Program-made: the position numbers and the translations under genes
Part shown: piece by piece, positions 1 through 12,068 of the stretch
Layout: each line of letters begins with the position of its first letter
Numbering within the stretch: the first letter of the stretch is position 1
The notes under the pieces: generated by a model
Databases searched by the model: none
What the model was told of the DNA's origin: nothing
Seen by the model: only the letters and a program-made list of their open reading frames with translations
Assembly (NCBI GenBank): GCA_012719655.1
Contig: JAAXZZ010000060.1
Span: forward strand, 1-53,307
Length of the DNA: 53,307 nt
Origin: Gammaproteobacteria bacterium
Lineage (GTDB): Bacteria > Pseudomonadota > Gammaproteobacteria > Pseudomonadales > Pseudomonadaceae
Direction: 5' to 3'

Positions 1-403
1 CGAGTATCCACACCGACCACTCACCCAAATCCTTAGCGGCTCCGCGAAACACGTCTAAAAAGGTTTCAATACGCGGTTCTTTGATTCCTCGCTCAAAAAA
101 CACCAAAAGCAAATCTTTCGACAGATCCAATAAATAATGACCCAGCGCCAAAGCAATCGCCCAGATCCCGGCCCACTTATGCAAACGGTAGCTTTTGTCT
201 AAACCATGCAGGTGTTTTTCCAACCACAGCGGCCGAATGGCCAGCAGCATAATCAGTGACATCAAGACAAAAGAGCCCAGCCCCGTCAGCAGAATCAGTT
301 GTTTGCGCCACCACCACACATCCATCGACGGATTATGCCCCAGCACGGTCATTGCCCAAGCCGTGAGCACTAACAACGCCACCCCATACAGTATTTTCTT
401 CAT
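1..403 (-). CDS. Ferric reductase-like transmembrane protein, N-terminal part (runs off the left edge)
   Basis: Not in the ORF track. Manual translation from ATG 403: MKKILYGVALLVLTAWAMTV...RKQLILLTGLGSFVLMSLIMLLAIRPLWLEKHLHGLDKSYRLHKWAGIWAIALALGHYLL. The GLDKxYRLHKWxG...H motif is typical of this family. Confidence 0.8.
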   Translation of the reverse strand, partial: MKKILYGVALLVLTAWAMTVLGHNPSMDVWWWRKQLILLTGLGSFVLMSLIMLLAIRPLWLEKHLHGLDKSYRLHKWAGIWAIALALGHYLLDLSKDLLLVFFERGIKEPRIETFLDVFRGAAKDLGEWSVWIL

Positions 404-448
404 CACCTTCACCTCTAAAGATCCTGCGCATGAGTTTAACGCGCGAGT

Positions 449-2364
<1,916 letters not shown>

Positions 2365-2627
2365 GCAAACACTGATGCTGCGCTTTGCTCAGCAAGCGCA
2401 GCAGGGCTCAAAAAAACATACGCCAAAAGGCGTATTGCGAGCGGCCAAATTAATATCCATGATGTGCGCGCTTAATTAAGCTGCAGTTCATTGCAGCGTT
2501 CATTTGCGCCTTTGCGCCCCTCATAAAAATAAGAAACATTGGCAAGACAGACCTTTCATTGTGTTACTGCGCAGTAACCCTTTGCGTCTGTCTTTTTGTC
2601 TGACGCATACATCAAAAGAGCAACAAA

Positions 2628-4103
2628 ATGGTAAATGAAGATTCTAAAAGCTACCGTGAACTGCATCGTCCACGTAGCGAGTTTGCCTCTCGTCAAGCTT
2701 ATTTAGAGCATGAACTGAGCATTATGTCGCCACGCCGTTGGCGCATCAATTTACCTTATCGCGACTACCGTTTCGAAGCCGAAGACTGGGTGCCAGCGAT
2801 GGCAGCGACCATTGGTAAAATTGTGATGGTCGCGGCAGTGGTTGCAGCGTTTGCCGGCCCTCTGGGTCTTTCCAATGCCTTTGTAATTGAGAATGCACGC
2901 TATGAAATGCTCATTGCAGCGATCTTATTCGTCGTCGTGTTCTCCGGATTTCTTAACCCAACCGCCAACTTAGCCGGTACGCACGGACCATTAATCCCAC
3001 TGATTCCATTAATTGTTGCGTCCGGCGGCCACCCAATGGCTTTGGGGATTATGGTTGGTGCACTGGGCTTTGTGCTTGGCGTATTTAAAGGAGGAAGCTT
3101 GCTGGCACGCTTAACCAGCGATGGGGTGTGCGGCGGTTTACTGCTGTTCCTCGGTTTTATTGGCATGACCTCGCAAATTAAAAGCCTATACGCTTGGGCC
3201 GATGGCTTTGACATGGGCTATGTCGCCTTCACAGTGGTGTTGGCCACTATTATTATGTATGCCTATTTAGAGCATATTGGTAAGCGTTGGTTGGCTATCC
3301 CACTGGGCGCAGTATTGGCTGCAGTGATTGCGTTTGCATTCGGTGCGCCATTTGAATTCAGCACTGAACCGGGCATTCCAAACCTCAATCCTGCCTACTG
3401 GTGGGGCGCAGATACCGGCTGGCAGCTCGGTCTACCTGAACTGCACCATTTTATTGCCGTGGCACCTTTTGCTGTGTTGGCGGTAGCGATGTGGTCACCT
3501 GACTTTTTAGGACATCGCGTATTCCAGCAGCTCAACTACCCCAAAAACGCTAAAAAAGTACTGATGAACATTGACGACACCATGTGCGTCACCGCTGCGC
3601 GGCAAGTGGTTGGTACAGCACTTGGCGGAGGCAACCTTGCGTCATCATGGGGCACCTATGTGGTGCCTGCTGCGATTGCCAAGCGTCCGATCCCAGCCGG
3701 TGCACTATTAACTGGCTTACTCTGCGTGATTGCAGCGGTTTGGGGTTATCCAATGGATCTAGCCATTTGGCCGCCAGTGTTGAGCGTAGCGTTAATTGTT
3801 GGGGTTTACTTGCCTTTACTCGAAGCGGGTATGCAAATGACCCGCGAAGGTAAAACCTCGCAATCGGCTGCGATTGTGATCTTTTCCTCGACACTTGTGA
3901 ATCCAGTCTTCGGTTGGTCGTTAACCGTATTACTGGACAACATTGGCATCATTGGCGATAAAGAGCGCGGACAAAAAATGACTCGCACTGACCGCTGGAT
4001 TATCCCATCCATCGTATTTATTGTGCTCTGTACAGTCATTGCCGCTATCGGCATGTTCCCTGGCATTCCAGCACTACTGGAATCATTCCGCGCCCTGCAT
4101 TAA
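2628..4103 (+). CDS. DUF3360-family polytopic membrane protein (putative permease)
   Basis: 491 aa, more than 10 hydrophobic segments; motifs RDYRFExEDWVPAMAATIGK, NLAGTHGPLIPLIP and SSWGTY recalled from this family. Confidence 0.75.
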   Translation: MVNEDSKSYRELHRPRSEFASRQAYLEHELSIMSPRRWRINLPYRDYRFEAEDWVPAMAATIGKIVMVAAVVAAFAGPLGLSNAFVIENARYEMLIAAILFVVVFSGFLNPTANLAGTHGPLIPLIPLIVASGGHPMALGIMVGALGFVLGVFKGGSLLARLTSDGVCGGLLLFLGFIGMTSQIKSLYAWADGFDMGYVAFTVVLATIIMYAYLEHIGKRWLAIPLGAVLAAVIAFAFGAPFEFSTEPGIPNLNPAYWWGADTGWQLGLPELHHFIAVAPFAVLAVAMWSPDFLGHRVFQQLNYPKNAKKVLMNIDDTMCVTAARQVVGTALGGGNLASSWGTYVVPAAIAKRPIPAGALLTGLLCVIAAVWGYPMDLAIWPPVLSVALIVGVYLPLLEAGMQMTREGKTSQSAAIVIFSSTLVNPVFGWSLTVLLDNIGIIGDKERGQKMTRTDRWIIPSIVFIVLCTVIAAIGMFPGIPALLESFRALH

Positions 4104-4165
4104 GTGTGTCGCTGATCGTTGAGCGCTCGGCCATTATGGCGCGAGCGCTGCAACACACATCTGAA

Positions 4166-4609
4166 CTAATAGGCGCGAAACGCTTTGTGACATGACTCGC
4201 AGGCATCCTCAACGGCTTGTACACGTAACGCTAAAACACTTTCGTTGAGTGGCGGTTCTGTCGTGCTGGCCACTAAGCGTGCAGTCGTCGCTTCCAGCTC
4301 ACGCGCCAATTCTTGAAAGCGTTCTTGCTGTTGCCAAACGTCATCACGGGCTGACGTTTTCTCATCTTCTTTAATGCTCGGAAAATGCTGCCAAGGCGTT
4401 TTCGACAAGCGATCAAGCTGTATTGCTTTTTCTACAAACACAGCTTCATCGTACTTAATACGCCCACGCAGCATGCCACCTAAATCTTCGCTAACGCTGA
4501 GCATTTCTTTAAAAATCGCTTTACGTTTACCTAATGGCGAATTGGGATCAACACCACCGCACGCGCCCAGACTCAATACCACGGCTAACAATAGACCACG
4601 TTTTAGCAC
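4166..4609 (-). CDS. Cytochrome c' (class II) lipoprotein
   Basis: C-terminal CESCH heme motif, helical body, N-terminal lipobox LGAC. Confidence 0.85.
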   Translation of the reverse strand: MLKRGLLLAVVLSLGACGGVDPNSPLGKRKAIFKEMLSVSEDLGGMLRGRIKYDEAVFVEKAIQLDRLSKTPWQHFPSIKEDEKTSARDDVWQQQERFQELARELEATTARLVASTTEPPLNESVLALRVQAVEDACESCHKAFRAY

Positions 4610-4765
4610 AGGCTCACCTTTTCAATTTGCTTTATAAGAATTCATTTCAGTCACAGCCACCCATGTAAAAGTGCTGATATTGGCCGCTTACAGCAATACA
4701 GACAGCAACTCCCAAGACAAAAAATAGGCCTGCAGGGACTCACCAACAGGCCGACGTACTGGAGT

Positions 4766-5152
4766 TTAAGCTGCAACAATAAACATGCTGACAATTAAGC
4801 CCATACCAACAGTCCACACGAGCGAACGCAGCATCGCCCAATCGGCGATATAGCACAAAGTATACAGCACTCGGCTGAGCACAAAAGCAATGGCCAGCTG
4901 ATCCAGCAATGCTTGCTCCGCGCCACCGGCCAGATGAGCAATAATCACCGCGGCAGCAAATGCGGGCGTCACTTCAAAGCCGTTTTGCTGGGCATTGTTA
5001 GCGCGCTTCGCCACGCCTTGCACTGTGGCTAAGAACGCGCGCGGATCATGGTTGTCTTGCGCGGTAAAATTACCGGCACTGGCTTTCGCCCAAATTGTTG
5101 CCAGATAAGGCAACATAATCGCCGCCAGCACACACCAAAAGGCAATGGTCAT
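4766..5152 (-). CDS. MAPEG family membrane protein
   Basis: DNHDPR, RANNAQQNGFE, FVLSRVLY..YIAD...RSLVW; start moved to ATG 5152. Confidence 0.85.
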   Translation of the reverse strand: MTIAFWCVLAAIMLPYLATIWAKASAGNFTAQDNHDPRAFLATVQGVAKRANNAQQNGFEVTPAFAAAVIIAHLAGGAEQALLDQLAIAFVLSRVLYTLCYIADWAMLRSLVWTVGMGLIVSMFIVAA

Positions 5153-5242
5153 AATCACTCCTGTTTTCTGTATAGCTCTAGGCTGCAGCACCACTGTAAT
5201 ACAAACAACTTAAGATAAAAGCATTTCTTCGCCACTTAGCTA

Positions 5243-5271
5243 TTGGGCAATTCATAAAGCCTCGCTATAAT
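5243..5271 (+). promoter_or_regulatory. Sigma70-type promoter for ahcY-metF
   Basis: TTGGGC-17 nt-TATAAT just upstream of the riboswitch. Confidence 0.55.
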
Positions 5272-5307
5272 CAGCCCCGCACCAAGGCTGAGCCATGGTG
5301 ACCAACA

Positions 5308-5404
5308 GATTCGAGGGGCGCTGCAGCAGGATTCTCCTGTCAGGCTCGAAACAGTTGCCTTCTAGTTGTCTCGACAACTGCACATTTGCAAACGGCGCCC
5401 ATTC
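5308..5404 (+). promoter_or_regulatory. SAH riboswitch
   Basis: ttcgaggggcgctgcagcagg-attct-cctgtcaggctcgaa with a downstream aaacggcgccc that can pseudoknot with ggggcgctg; directly upstream of ahcY. Confidence 0.9.
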
Positions 5405-5431
5405 GCTAATTACGAATGGAGAACTCATTTT

Positions 5432-6832
5432 ATGAGCGCTGTTACTGATTTTACTGATTATAAAGTGGCGGACATTTCACTGGCTGACTGGGGCCGTCGT
5501 GAAATTATTATTGCTGAGTCGGAAATGCCTGCTCTGATGGGTTTACGTGCTAAATACGCTGGCGCGCAGCCACTTAAAGGCGCAAAAATCCTCGGCTGCA
5601 TCCACATGACCATCCAAACTGCGGTACTGATTGAAACATTGACGGCTCTGGGCGCTGAAGTGCGCTGGTCGAGCTGCAACATTTTCTCCACCCAAGACCA
5701 AGCCGCAGCGGCCATTGCGGCTGCCGGTATTCCAGTGTTTGCGTGGAAAGGCGAGACCGAAGAAGAATACGTTTGGTGCATTGAGCAAACCATCCTCAAA
5801 GATGGTAAGCCTTGGGATGCCAATATGATTCTCGATGACGGCGGTGACTTAACTGAAATTTTGCACGAGCGTTTCCCACAGGTTTTAGAAAACATCCATG
5901 GCGTAACCGAAGAAACCACCACTGGCGTGCACCGCCTACTGGACATGCTGGCTAAAGGTACGTTGAAAATACCGGCCATTAACGTCAATGACTCAGTCAC
6001 CAAAAGCAAAAACGACAACAAATACGGTTGCCGTCATAGCCTCAACGACGCGATCAAACGCGGCACCGATAATTTGTTATCCGGTAAGCAAGCGCTGGTC
6101 ATTGGTTACGGCGATGTCGGAAAAGGTTCTGCACAATCGCTGAGCCAAGAAGGCATGATTGTTAAGGTTTCTGAAGTTGACCCCATTTGCGCGATGCAAG
6201 CCTGCATGGACGGTTACGAGTTGGTTTCACCCTACATCGACGGCATCAATGACGGCACCGATGCCTGCATTGATAAAGCCCTGTTAGGCAAAATCGACCT
6301 CATCGTCACCACTACAGGTAACGCCAATGTCTGTGATGCCGGCATGCTCAAAGCGCTGAAAAAACGCGCGGTGGTGTGCAACATTGGTCACTTTGACAAT
6401 GAAATCGACACCGCATTTATGCGTAAAAACTGGGCCTGGGAAGAAGTTAAACCCCAAGTGCACAAAATTCACCGTACCGGCGCTGGCTCATTCGATCCAC
6501 GCAATGACGATTACCTGATTCTGTTATCAGAAGGCCGCTTAGTGAACCTCGGTAATGCGACGGGTCACCCAAGTCGTATTATGGATGGCTCATTTGCTAA
6601 CCAAGTACTCGCACAAATGCACTTATTTGAGCGCAAATTCGCCCAACTCAGTGCTGAGCAAAAAGCTGCAGCGTTAACCGTTGAAGTGCTGCCCAAAAAA
6701 CTCGACGAAGAAGTTGCTCTCGAAATGGTTAAAGGCTTTGGCGGCGTGATTACTCGCCTAACAGATGCGCAAGCTGACTACATTGGCGTACCAGTGGACG
6801 GCCCTTACAAGCCAGAAACTTACCGCTACTAA
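5432..6832 (+). CDS. ahcY: Adenosylhomocysteinase
   Basis: [52 protein letters not shown]; start MSAVTDF after GGAG. Confidence 0.97.
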   Translation: MSAVTDFTDYKVADISLADWGRREIIIAESEMPALMGLRAKYAGAQPLKGAKILGCIHMTIQTAVLIETLTALGAEVRWSSCNIFSTQDQAAAAIAAAGIPVFAWKGETEEEYVWCIEQTILKDGKPWDANMILDDGGDLTEILHERFPQVLENIHGVTEETTTGVHRLLDMLAKGTLKIPAINVNDSVTKSKNDNKYGCRHSLNDAIKRGTDNLLSGKQALVIGYGDVGKGSAQSLSQEGMIVKVSEVDPICAMQACMDGYELVSPYIDGINDGTDACIDKALLGKIDLIVTTTGNANVCDAGMLKALKKRAVVCNIGHFDNEIDTAFMRKNWAWEEVKPQVHKIHRTGAGSFDPRNDDYLILLSEGRLVNLGNATGHPSRIMDGSFANQVLAQMHLFERKFAQLSAEQKAAALTVEVLPKKLDEEVALEMVKGFGGVITRLTDAQADYIGVPVDGPYKPETYRY

Positions 6833-6841
6833 GTGACAGAG

Positions 6842-6866
6842 AAGGGGTGGCATGGCCGCCCCTTTT
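6842..6866 (+). terminator. Intercistronic hairpin / weak terminator between ahcY and metF
   Basis: aaggggtggc-atg-gccgcccctt then tt. Confidence 0.45.
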
Positions 6867-6911
6867 GTACTTTCGGCTGCCCATCCACTTTGACATTGAG
6901 AGACCTGTTCT

Positions 6912-7757
6912 ATGAGCCATCAATCTCGCATTAGTTTTGAATTCTTTCCCACCAAAACCGATGCTGGCCATGAAAAACTGCTCGCCACAGCGGCGCAACT
7001 GGCGACCTATAATCCTGAGTTTTTTTCTTGCACTTATGGTGCCGGCGGTTCAACCCGTGACCGGACGTTGAACACCGTTTTACAATTAGACAGCGAAATC
7101 AAAATCCCAACCGCACCGCACTTATCCTGCGTTGGCGATAGCAAAGAAGATTTACGCGAACTGCTGCATGTGTATAAAGATGCGGGCATTAAACGCATCG
7201 TCGCCCTACGTGGTGACCTGCCATCGGGAATGGGTATGGCCAACGGTGAGCTGCGTTACGCCAATGAATTGGTTGAATTCATCCGTCACGAAACCGGCGA
7301 TCACTTTTATATTGAAGTGGCTGCCTATCCTGAGATGCATCCACAAGCCCGTGATTTTGAACTTGATTTGCAAAATTTCGCCCGTAAAGTGCAAGCCGGT
7401 TCCGACAGTGCCATCACTCAATATTTCTTTAATGCTGATTGTTACTTCTATTTTGTCGATCGAGCGCGTAAACTTGGCCTCGATATTCCAATCGTGCCCG
7501 GTATTATGCCGATTACCAATTACAGTAAATTGGCACGCTTTTCTGATTCTTGTGGTGCTGAGCTACCGCGCTGGATACGCAAACAACTGGAAGCGTACGG
7601 CGATGACACAGCAAGCATTCAAGCCTTTGGTGTAGAAGTCATTACTAAGATGTGCGAACGCCTATTAGAAGGTGGCGCGCCAGGCTTACACTTCTACACA
7701 CTTAATCAAGCTGAACCGAGTTTAGCCGTTTGGGATAATCTCAAGCTTAACTGCTGA
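6912..7757 (+). CDS. metF: 5,10-methylenetetrahydrofolate reductase
   Basis: SFEFFP, TYGAGGST, ALRGD, AAYPE, AITQYFF, LHFYTLN. Confidence 0.97.
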   Translation: MSHQSRISFEFFPTKTDAGHEKLLATAAQLATYNPEFFSCTYGAGGSTRDRTLNTVLQLDSEIKIPTAPHLSCVGDSKEDLRELLHVYKDAGIKRIVALRGDLPSGMGMANGELRYANELVEFIRHETGDHFYIEVAAYPEMHPQARDFELDLQNFARKVQAGSDSAITQYFFNADCYFYFVDRARKLGLDIPIVPGIMPITNYSKLARFSDSCGAELPRWIRKQLEAYGDDTASIQAFGVEVITKMCERLLEGGAPGLHFYTLNQAEPSLAVWDNLKLNC

Positions 7758-7918
7758 AAAAGGCCGCTAAGCCACTATAGCGATATACCTCCATCCAGTT
7801 TTATGCCCAGCGCAGGACATGATTTGTGGATGGAGTGCATACTTTGTTGTGCACTTGTATGGAGCATTTATAATTTTGCGCCCCAAAGTCGGCGGGTCGC
7901 CGACAACAGGAAGACTGC

Positions 7919-9736
7919 ATGTCCTTTTCCTCACTAGGCCTCTCTCAGGCTCTGGTTAATGCCGTTGAAGCTGCCGGCTATACATCTCCATCGCCTGTGC
8001 AATTACTGGCGATTCCTCCGGCACTGCAAGGTCGCGACCTGATGGTTGCCGCACAAACCGGTACCGGTAAAACGGGCGGTTTTGCTTTACCTATTTTAGA
8101 AATCCTGTTTCCTAACGGTAAGCCGGACCGCGAGCAGCGCCACCGTGCGCGTCAACCCCGCGTTTTGGTATTAACGCCAACCCGTGAACTGGCTGCGCAA
8201 GTGCATGACAGTTTCAGACTCTATGCCCGCGATTTACCTTTTGTCAGCGCCTGTATTTTTGGTGGTGTGGGCATGAATCCGCAGATCAACGCGGTGGCCA
8301 AAGGCCTGGATGTGTTAGTTGCCTGCCCAGGTCGTTTATTAGACTTGGTCAATCAAGACAAAATTGATTTAAGCGGCGTTGAAATTTTAGTCTTAGATGA
8401 AGCCGACCGTATGCTTGATATGGGCTTTATCCATGACGTGAAGAAAGTCTTAGCCAAACTGCCTAGCAAGCGCCAAAACTTGCTGTTCTCTGCGACCTTT
8501 TCGCAAGACATCACCCAGTTAGCCGGCCGTTTGCTGCACAACCCTGAGCGCATTGAGGTCACACCACCCAACACCACGGTTGAGCGTATTGAACAACGCG
8601 TGTTCCGTATTCCAGCCTCACATAAGCGCGCTCTACTTGCGCACTTAATCACCCTTGGCGTATGGGAACAAGTTCTGGTGTTCACCCGCACCAAGCATGG
8701 CGCTAACCGTCTTGCTGAATACTTGGATAAAAACGGCCTACCGGCTGCCGCCATTCATGGCAACAAAAGCCAGAATGCCCGTACCAAAGCGCTCGCTGAT
8801 TTTAAAGCGGGTAGCGTGCGTATTCTCGTAGCGACTGATATTGCTGCGCGCGGTTTAGACATTGATCAGTTGCCACATGTAGTGAACTACGAGCTGCCTA
8901 ACGTCGAAGAAGACTATGTGCACCGCATTGGCCGTACGGGTCGTGCGGGCCGGGCTGGGCAAGCGATTTCACTGGTTGCACCGGACGAAGAGCGCTTGCT
9001 GAAAAGCATTGAGCGCATGACCCGTCAAACCATCGAAGAGGGTGATTTTTTAGGCTTTGACCCAAGCACGGTAGTGATTGAAAAAGCTGAGCCACGCGCA
9101 CCTCGCCCAACCCGCAGCAGTGGCGCTGGTCGTAATGCACCGCGGGCGGCCGCGGAGAAAACCAGCAACCCTGACAAACCAAGAGGCAAACGCCCTGCAG
9201 CGCGCTCAACTGAGCGCAGTGAAGGCAGCGCTCAAGCGAAGCCAAGCCAACATGCACGCAATCCACGCAACACGCGGCAGACACGCCCAGCCGCGACAAC
9301 AGCTGCTGTTCCTCCTTTGCCTGCTAACCGCGATCCAGAAGTCTTTCTTGATGATGCCATTGATAACTTTGGTAACAGCGTTGATTACGTCAGTCCGTAT
9401 CAGAATAAAGGCCGTGGCCGTCGTCCAAACAGTAGCGCCCCTGCAGCGACAGCCAGCGCTGGGCGCACGGCTCGTCCTGCACGCCAAGAACGCAGTGCCA
9501 GCACGCCAGCCGCTGAGCGACGCCGATCAGCAAATAAACCACGCAATAACCCGCGTCGTGAAGACAGTCGCTACCTCGGTGCAAACGAGACGTCCGCTGT
9601 GCGTGAAGCGCGCCCCGCACCACAGCCTTTGATTATTCGCAAAGGCGAGCGTTTGCCCAGTCTTGAGCAACTGGAGCAATTAGAATCACGCTCACGCAAA
9701 GAAAAACCTGCATTGCTCACTTCGTACACAGACTAA
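7919..9736 (+). CDS. rhlE: DEAD-box RNA helicase RhlE with long basic disordered C-terminal tail
   Basis: [31 protein letters not shown]; Arg/Ala/Pro-rich tail. Confidence 0.9.
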   Translation: MSFSSLGLSQALVNAVEAAGYTSPSPVQLLAIPPALQGRDLMVAAQTGTGKTGGFALPILEILFPNGKPDREQRHRARQPRVLVLTPTRELAAQVHDSFRLYARDLPFVSACIFGGVGMNPQINAVAKGLDVLVACPGRLLDLVNQDKIDLSGVEILVLDEADRMLDMGFIHDVKKVLAKLPSKRQNLLFSATFSQDITQLAGRLLHNPERIEVTPPNTTVERIEQRVFRIPASHKRALLAHLITLGVWEQVLVFTRTKHGANRLAEYLDKNGLPAAAIHGNKSQNARTKALADFKAGSVRILVATDIAARGLDIDQLPHVVNYELPNVEEDYVHRIGRTGRAGRAGQAISLVAPDEERLLKSIERMTRQTIEEGDFLGFDPSTVVIEKAEPRAPRPTRSSGAGRNAPRAAAEKTSNPDKPRGKRPAARSTERSEGSAQAKPSQHARNPRNTRQTRPAATTAAVPPLPANRDPEVFLDDAIDNFGNSVDYVSPYQNKGRGRRPNSSAPAATASAGRTARPARQERSASTPAAERRRSANKPRNNPRREDSRYLGANETSAVREARPAPQPLIIRKGERLPSLEQLEQLESRSRKEKPALLTSYTD

Positions 9737-9763
9737 GCCCACAGACCAATCTGTTGTTGCACA

Positions 9764-9803
9764 GAGCCTCCTATCCTGATCAAACAAGATGGGGGGCTTT
9801 TTT
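9764..9803 (+). terminator. Intrinsic terminator after rhlE
   Basis: agcctcc...gggggct stem followed by a T run. Confidence 0.5.
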
Positions 9804-9921
9804 AAGTTTAACGGTGCCGAGCATGCCGTTATACCTTGGCACGCTCGACTGCATTCAGTTGACTACAAGCAAACTGCTATCATTGTGTGAAATATGTTGT
9901 TTAACACCCCAAGGAGCACTC

Positions 9922-11898
9922 ATGGAAACACCCACTAAAGGCGGTGCTACGATTAGCCCGCCAGTATTTTATACCTCCGCTATATTGATCACTGCGCTGG
10001 TTATATTTGCCAGTGTTTTACCCGAAACGGCACAAAGCTTTTTTGGTGATATGCAGGCATGGATCGTTGAAAACGTTAGTTGGTTCTATGTCCTTGCCGT
10101 TGCACTGATCCTGTTATCCACTCTCTTTATGGCCGCCAGTCGCTATGGCGACATCAAGCTGGGCCCAGACCACAGCCAACCCGATTACAAAAGCTCGACA
10201 TGGTTTGCCATGCTTTTCTCTGCTGGGATGGGGATTGGCTTGATGTTTTTTGGTGTCGCTGAACCGGTGATGCACTTTATTGCTCCACCAGTGGGTGATC
10301 CAAACACCGTGCAAGCTGCTCGCGAAGCAATGAAGCTGACCTTTTTCCACTGGGGCCTGCATGCTTGGGCGATTTACGCTGTTGTTGCTTTAATTCTTGC
10401 CTTTTTCTCCTACCGTCATGGCTTACCGCTGACCTTACGTTCGGCGCTGTACCCATTAATTGGCAAGCGTATTTACGGCCCCATTGGTCATGCGGTCGAT
10501 ATTTTCGCCATCATCAGCACCGTACTGGGGATTGCCACTTCATTGGGTTACGGTGTTTTACAAATCAACAGTGGTTTTAACTACTTATTCGGTTTGCCAG
10601 TGGGCACTAATGTGCAAGTGATCTTGATTGTCGCGATTACGGCATTAGCCACGCTATCAGTGGCAACAGGTTTGGATAAAGGCGTCCGGATTTTATCGGA
10701 AATCAACCTGTCCTTAGCGGTGATCCTGTTAGTTTTAGTCCTGATGCTCGGCCCAACCGCGCTGCTATTAAAAAGCTTTGTAGAAAACACCGGCGGCTAT
10801 TTATCTGAGATCGTTAGTAACACCTTTAACCTCTTTGCTTACGAACCAACCGATTGGCTAGGTGGCTGGACCTTACTGTATTGGGGTTGGTGGCTGTCGT
10901 GGTCGCCATTTGTCGGTATGTTTATCGCTCGTGTTTCACGCGGGCGCACCATTCGTGAGTTTTTAACCGGTGTGCTCTTGGTCCCAACGGGCTTTACTTT
11001 TATGTGGATGACCGTATTTGGCAACACTTCCATCAACATGATTATGAACAAGGGCATTACCAGCCTAGCCGATCAGGTCAACGCCGATACCTCCTTAGCC
11101 TTATTTGCTTTCTTAGAACACTTCCCCTTCTCCAGCGTGCTGTCGATGGTTGCTGTGTGCATGGTGATATTGTTTTTTGTAACTTCGGCTGACTCCGGCT
11201 CTTTAGTCATCGACATGCTCGCTTCTGGCGGCAATACACAAACCCCGTTATGGCAGCGTATTTTTTGGGCATCCTCCACCGGTATCGTCGCCATAACACT
11301 GTTACTTTCTGGTGGTTTAGGTGCACTACAGTCGGCCACCATTGCCAGCGCACTGCCCTTTTCGATTATTTTATTGGTATCAATTTGGGGATTATTTAAA
11401 GCCTTACACCTTGACTCGACCAAGCGCGTGCTCAGGCATCAAAGTGCCTTACACCACTCACGCCAGCATAAAAGCACCGGCGGTTGGCAACGTCGTTTAC
11501 GCAGCATGGTGATGTTCCCACGGCGCTCACATGTCAATCGTTTTATTGATGAAGTGGTCCTGCCAAGTTTTGAAGAAATTGCTGTTGAACTGCGCAAACA
11601 AGGTTATGCCGTTGAAGTGATTAGTGGCGACGACAAACGCACCAAGCTTGAAGTCCAGCACAATCAGGAGGTTAATTTTGTCTACGAAATACGCCCACGT
11701 GCTTATGTGCAACCGGACTTTGTGATACCCGATGATGATGAAGAGGATCGTGAAGAACGCAAGTACTTCCGTGCTGAAGTCCATTTACTTGAGGGTGGCC
11801 AAGACTATGACATCATGGGCTGGTCGCGCGAAGAAGTGATTGACGACATTCTTGATCAATACGAGCAACACATGCACTTCTTGCACGTTGTGCGCTAA
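9922..11898 (+). CDS. betT: BCCT family choline/glycine betaine transporter
   Basis: WFAMLFSAGMGIGLMFFGVAEP, FFHWGLHAW, WTLLYWGWWLSWSPFVGMFIARVSRGRTIREF, BetT-type C-terminal domain; start at ATG 9922 after AGGAG. Confidence 0.9.
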   Translation: METPTKGGATISPPVFYTSAILITALVIFASVLPETAQSFFGDMQAWIVENVSWFYVLAVALILLSTLFMAASRYGDIKLGPDHSQPDYKSSTWFAMLFSAGMGIGLMFFGVAEPVMHFIAPPVGDPNTVQAAREAMKLTFFHWGLHAWAIYAVVALILAFFSYRHGLPLTLRSALYPLIGKRIYGPIGHAVDIFAIISTVLGIATSLGYGVLQINSGFNYLFGLPVGTNVQVILIVAITALATLSVATGLDKGVRILSEINLSLAVILLVLVLMLGPTALLLKSFVENTGGYLSEIVSNTFNLFAYEPTDWLGGWTLLYWGWWLSWSPFVGMFIARVSRGRTIREFLTGVLLVPTGFTFMWMTVFGNTSINMIMNKGITSLADQVNADTSLALFAFLEHFPFSSVLSMVAVCMVILFFVTSADSGSLVIDMLASGGNTQTPLWQRIFWASSTGIVAITLLLSGGLGALQSATIASALPFSIILLVSIWGLFKALHLDSTKRVLRHQSALHHSRQHKSTGGWQRRLRSMVMFPRRSHVNRFIDEVVLPSFEEIAVELRKQGYAVEVISGDDKRTKLEVQHNQEVNFVYEIRPRAYVQPDFVIPDDDEEDREERKYFRAEVHLLEGGQDYDIMGWSREEVIDDILDQYEQHMHFLHVVR

Positions 11899-11916
11899 TT
11901 GCCGGCTTAACCACTG

Positions 11917-11942
11917 AGGCGCTCTAATTTGAGCGCCTTTTT
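11917..11942 (+). terminator. Intrinsic terminator after betT
   Basis: aggcgctc-taattt-gagcgcct-tttt. Confidence 0.75.
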
Positions 11943-12068
11943 ATTCGACTATAACTTTGCAGCCAATGTCTGGTGCTAGCGCTATCAACAGCAACAGTTG
12001 ATGTCGATGGACCCTCGACTGGCGACTTCAATGTTAGAATAACGTCTTTACATCCAAGCGGTCTGTTC

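Noticed and set aside
5366-5431. N-terminal extensions in the ORF track (ahcY, betT, rep, fau, yhiI)
   Set aside because: They run through a riboswitch, terminator or 6S RNA, or lack an SD; downstream ATGs match the family starts.
9078-9632. 184-aa alternative-frame ORF in the rhlE tail
   Set aside because: Expected by-product of GC-rich low-complexity coding sequence; no motif or SD.
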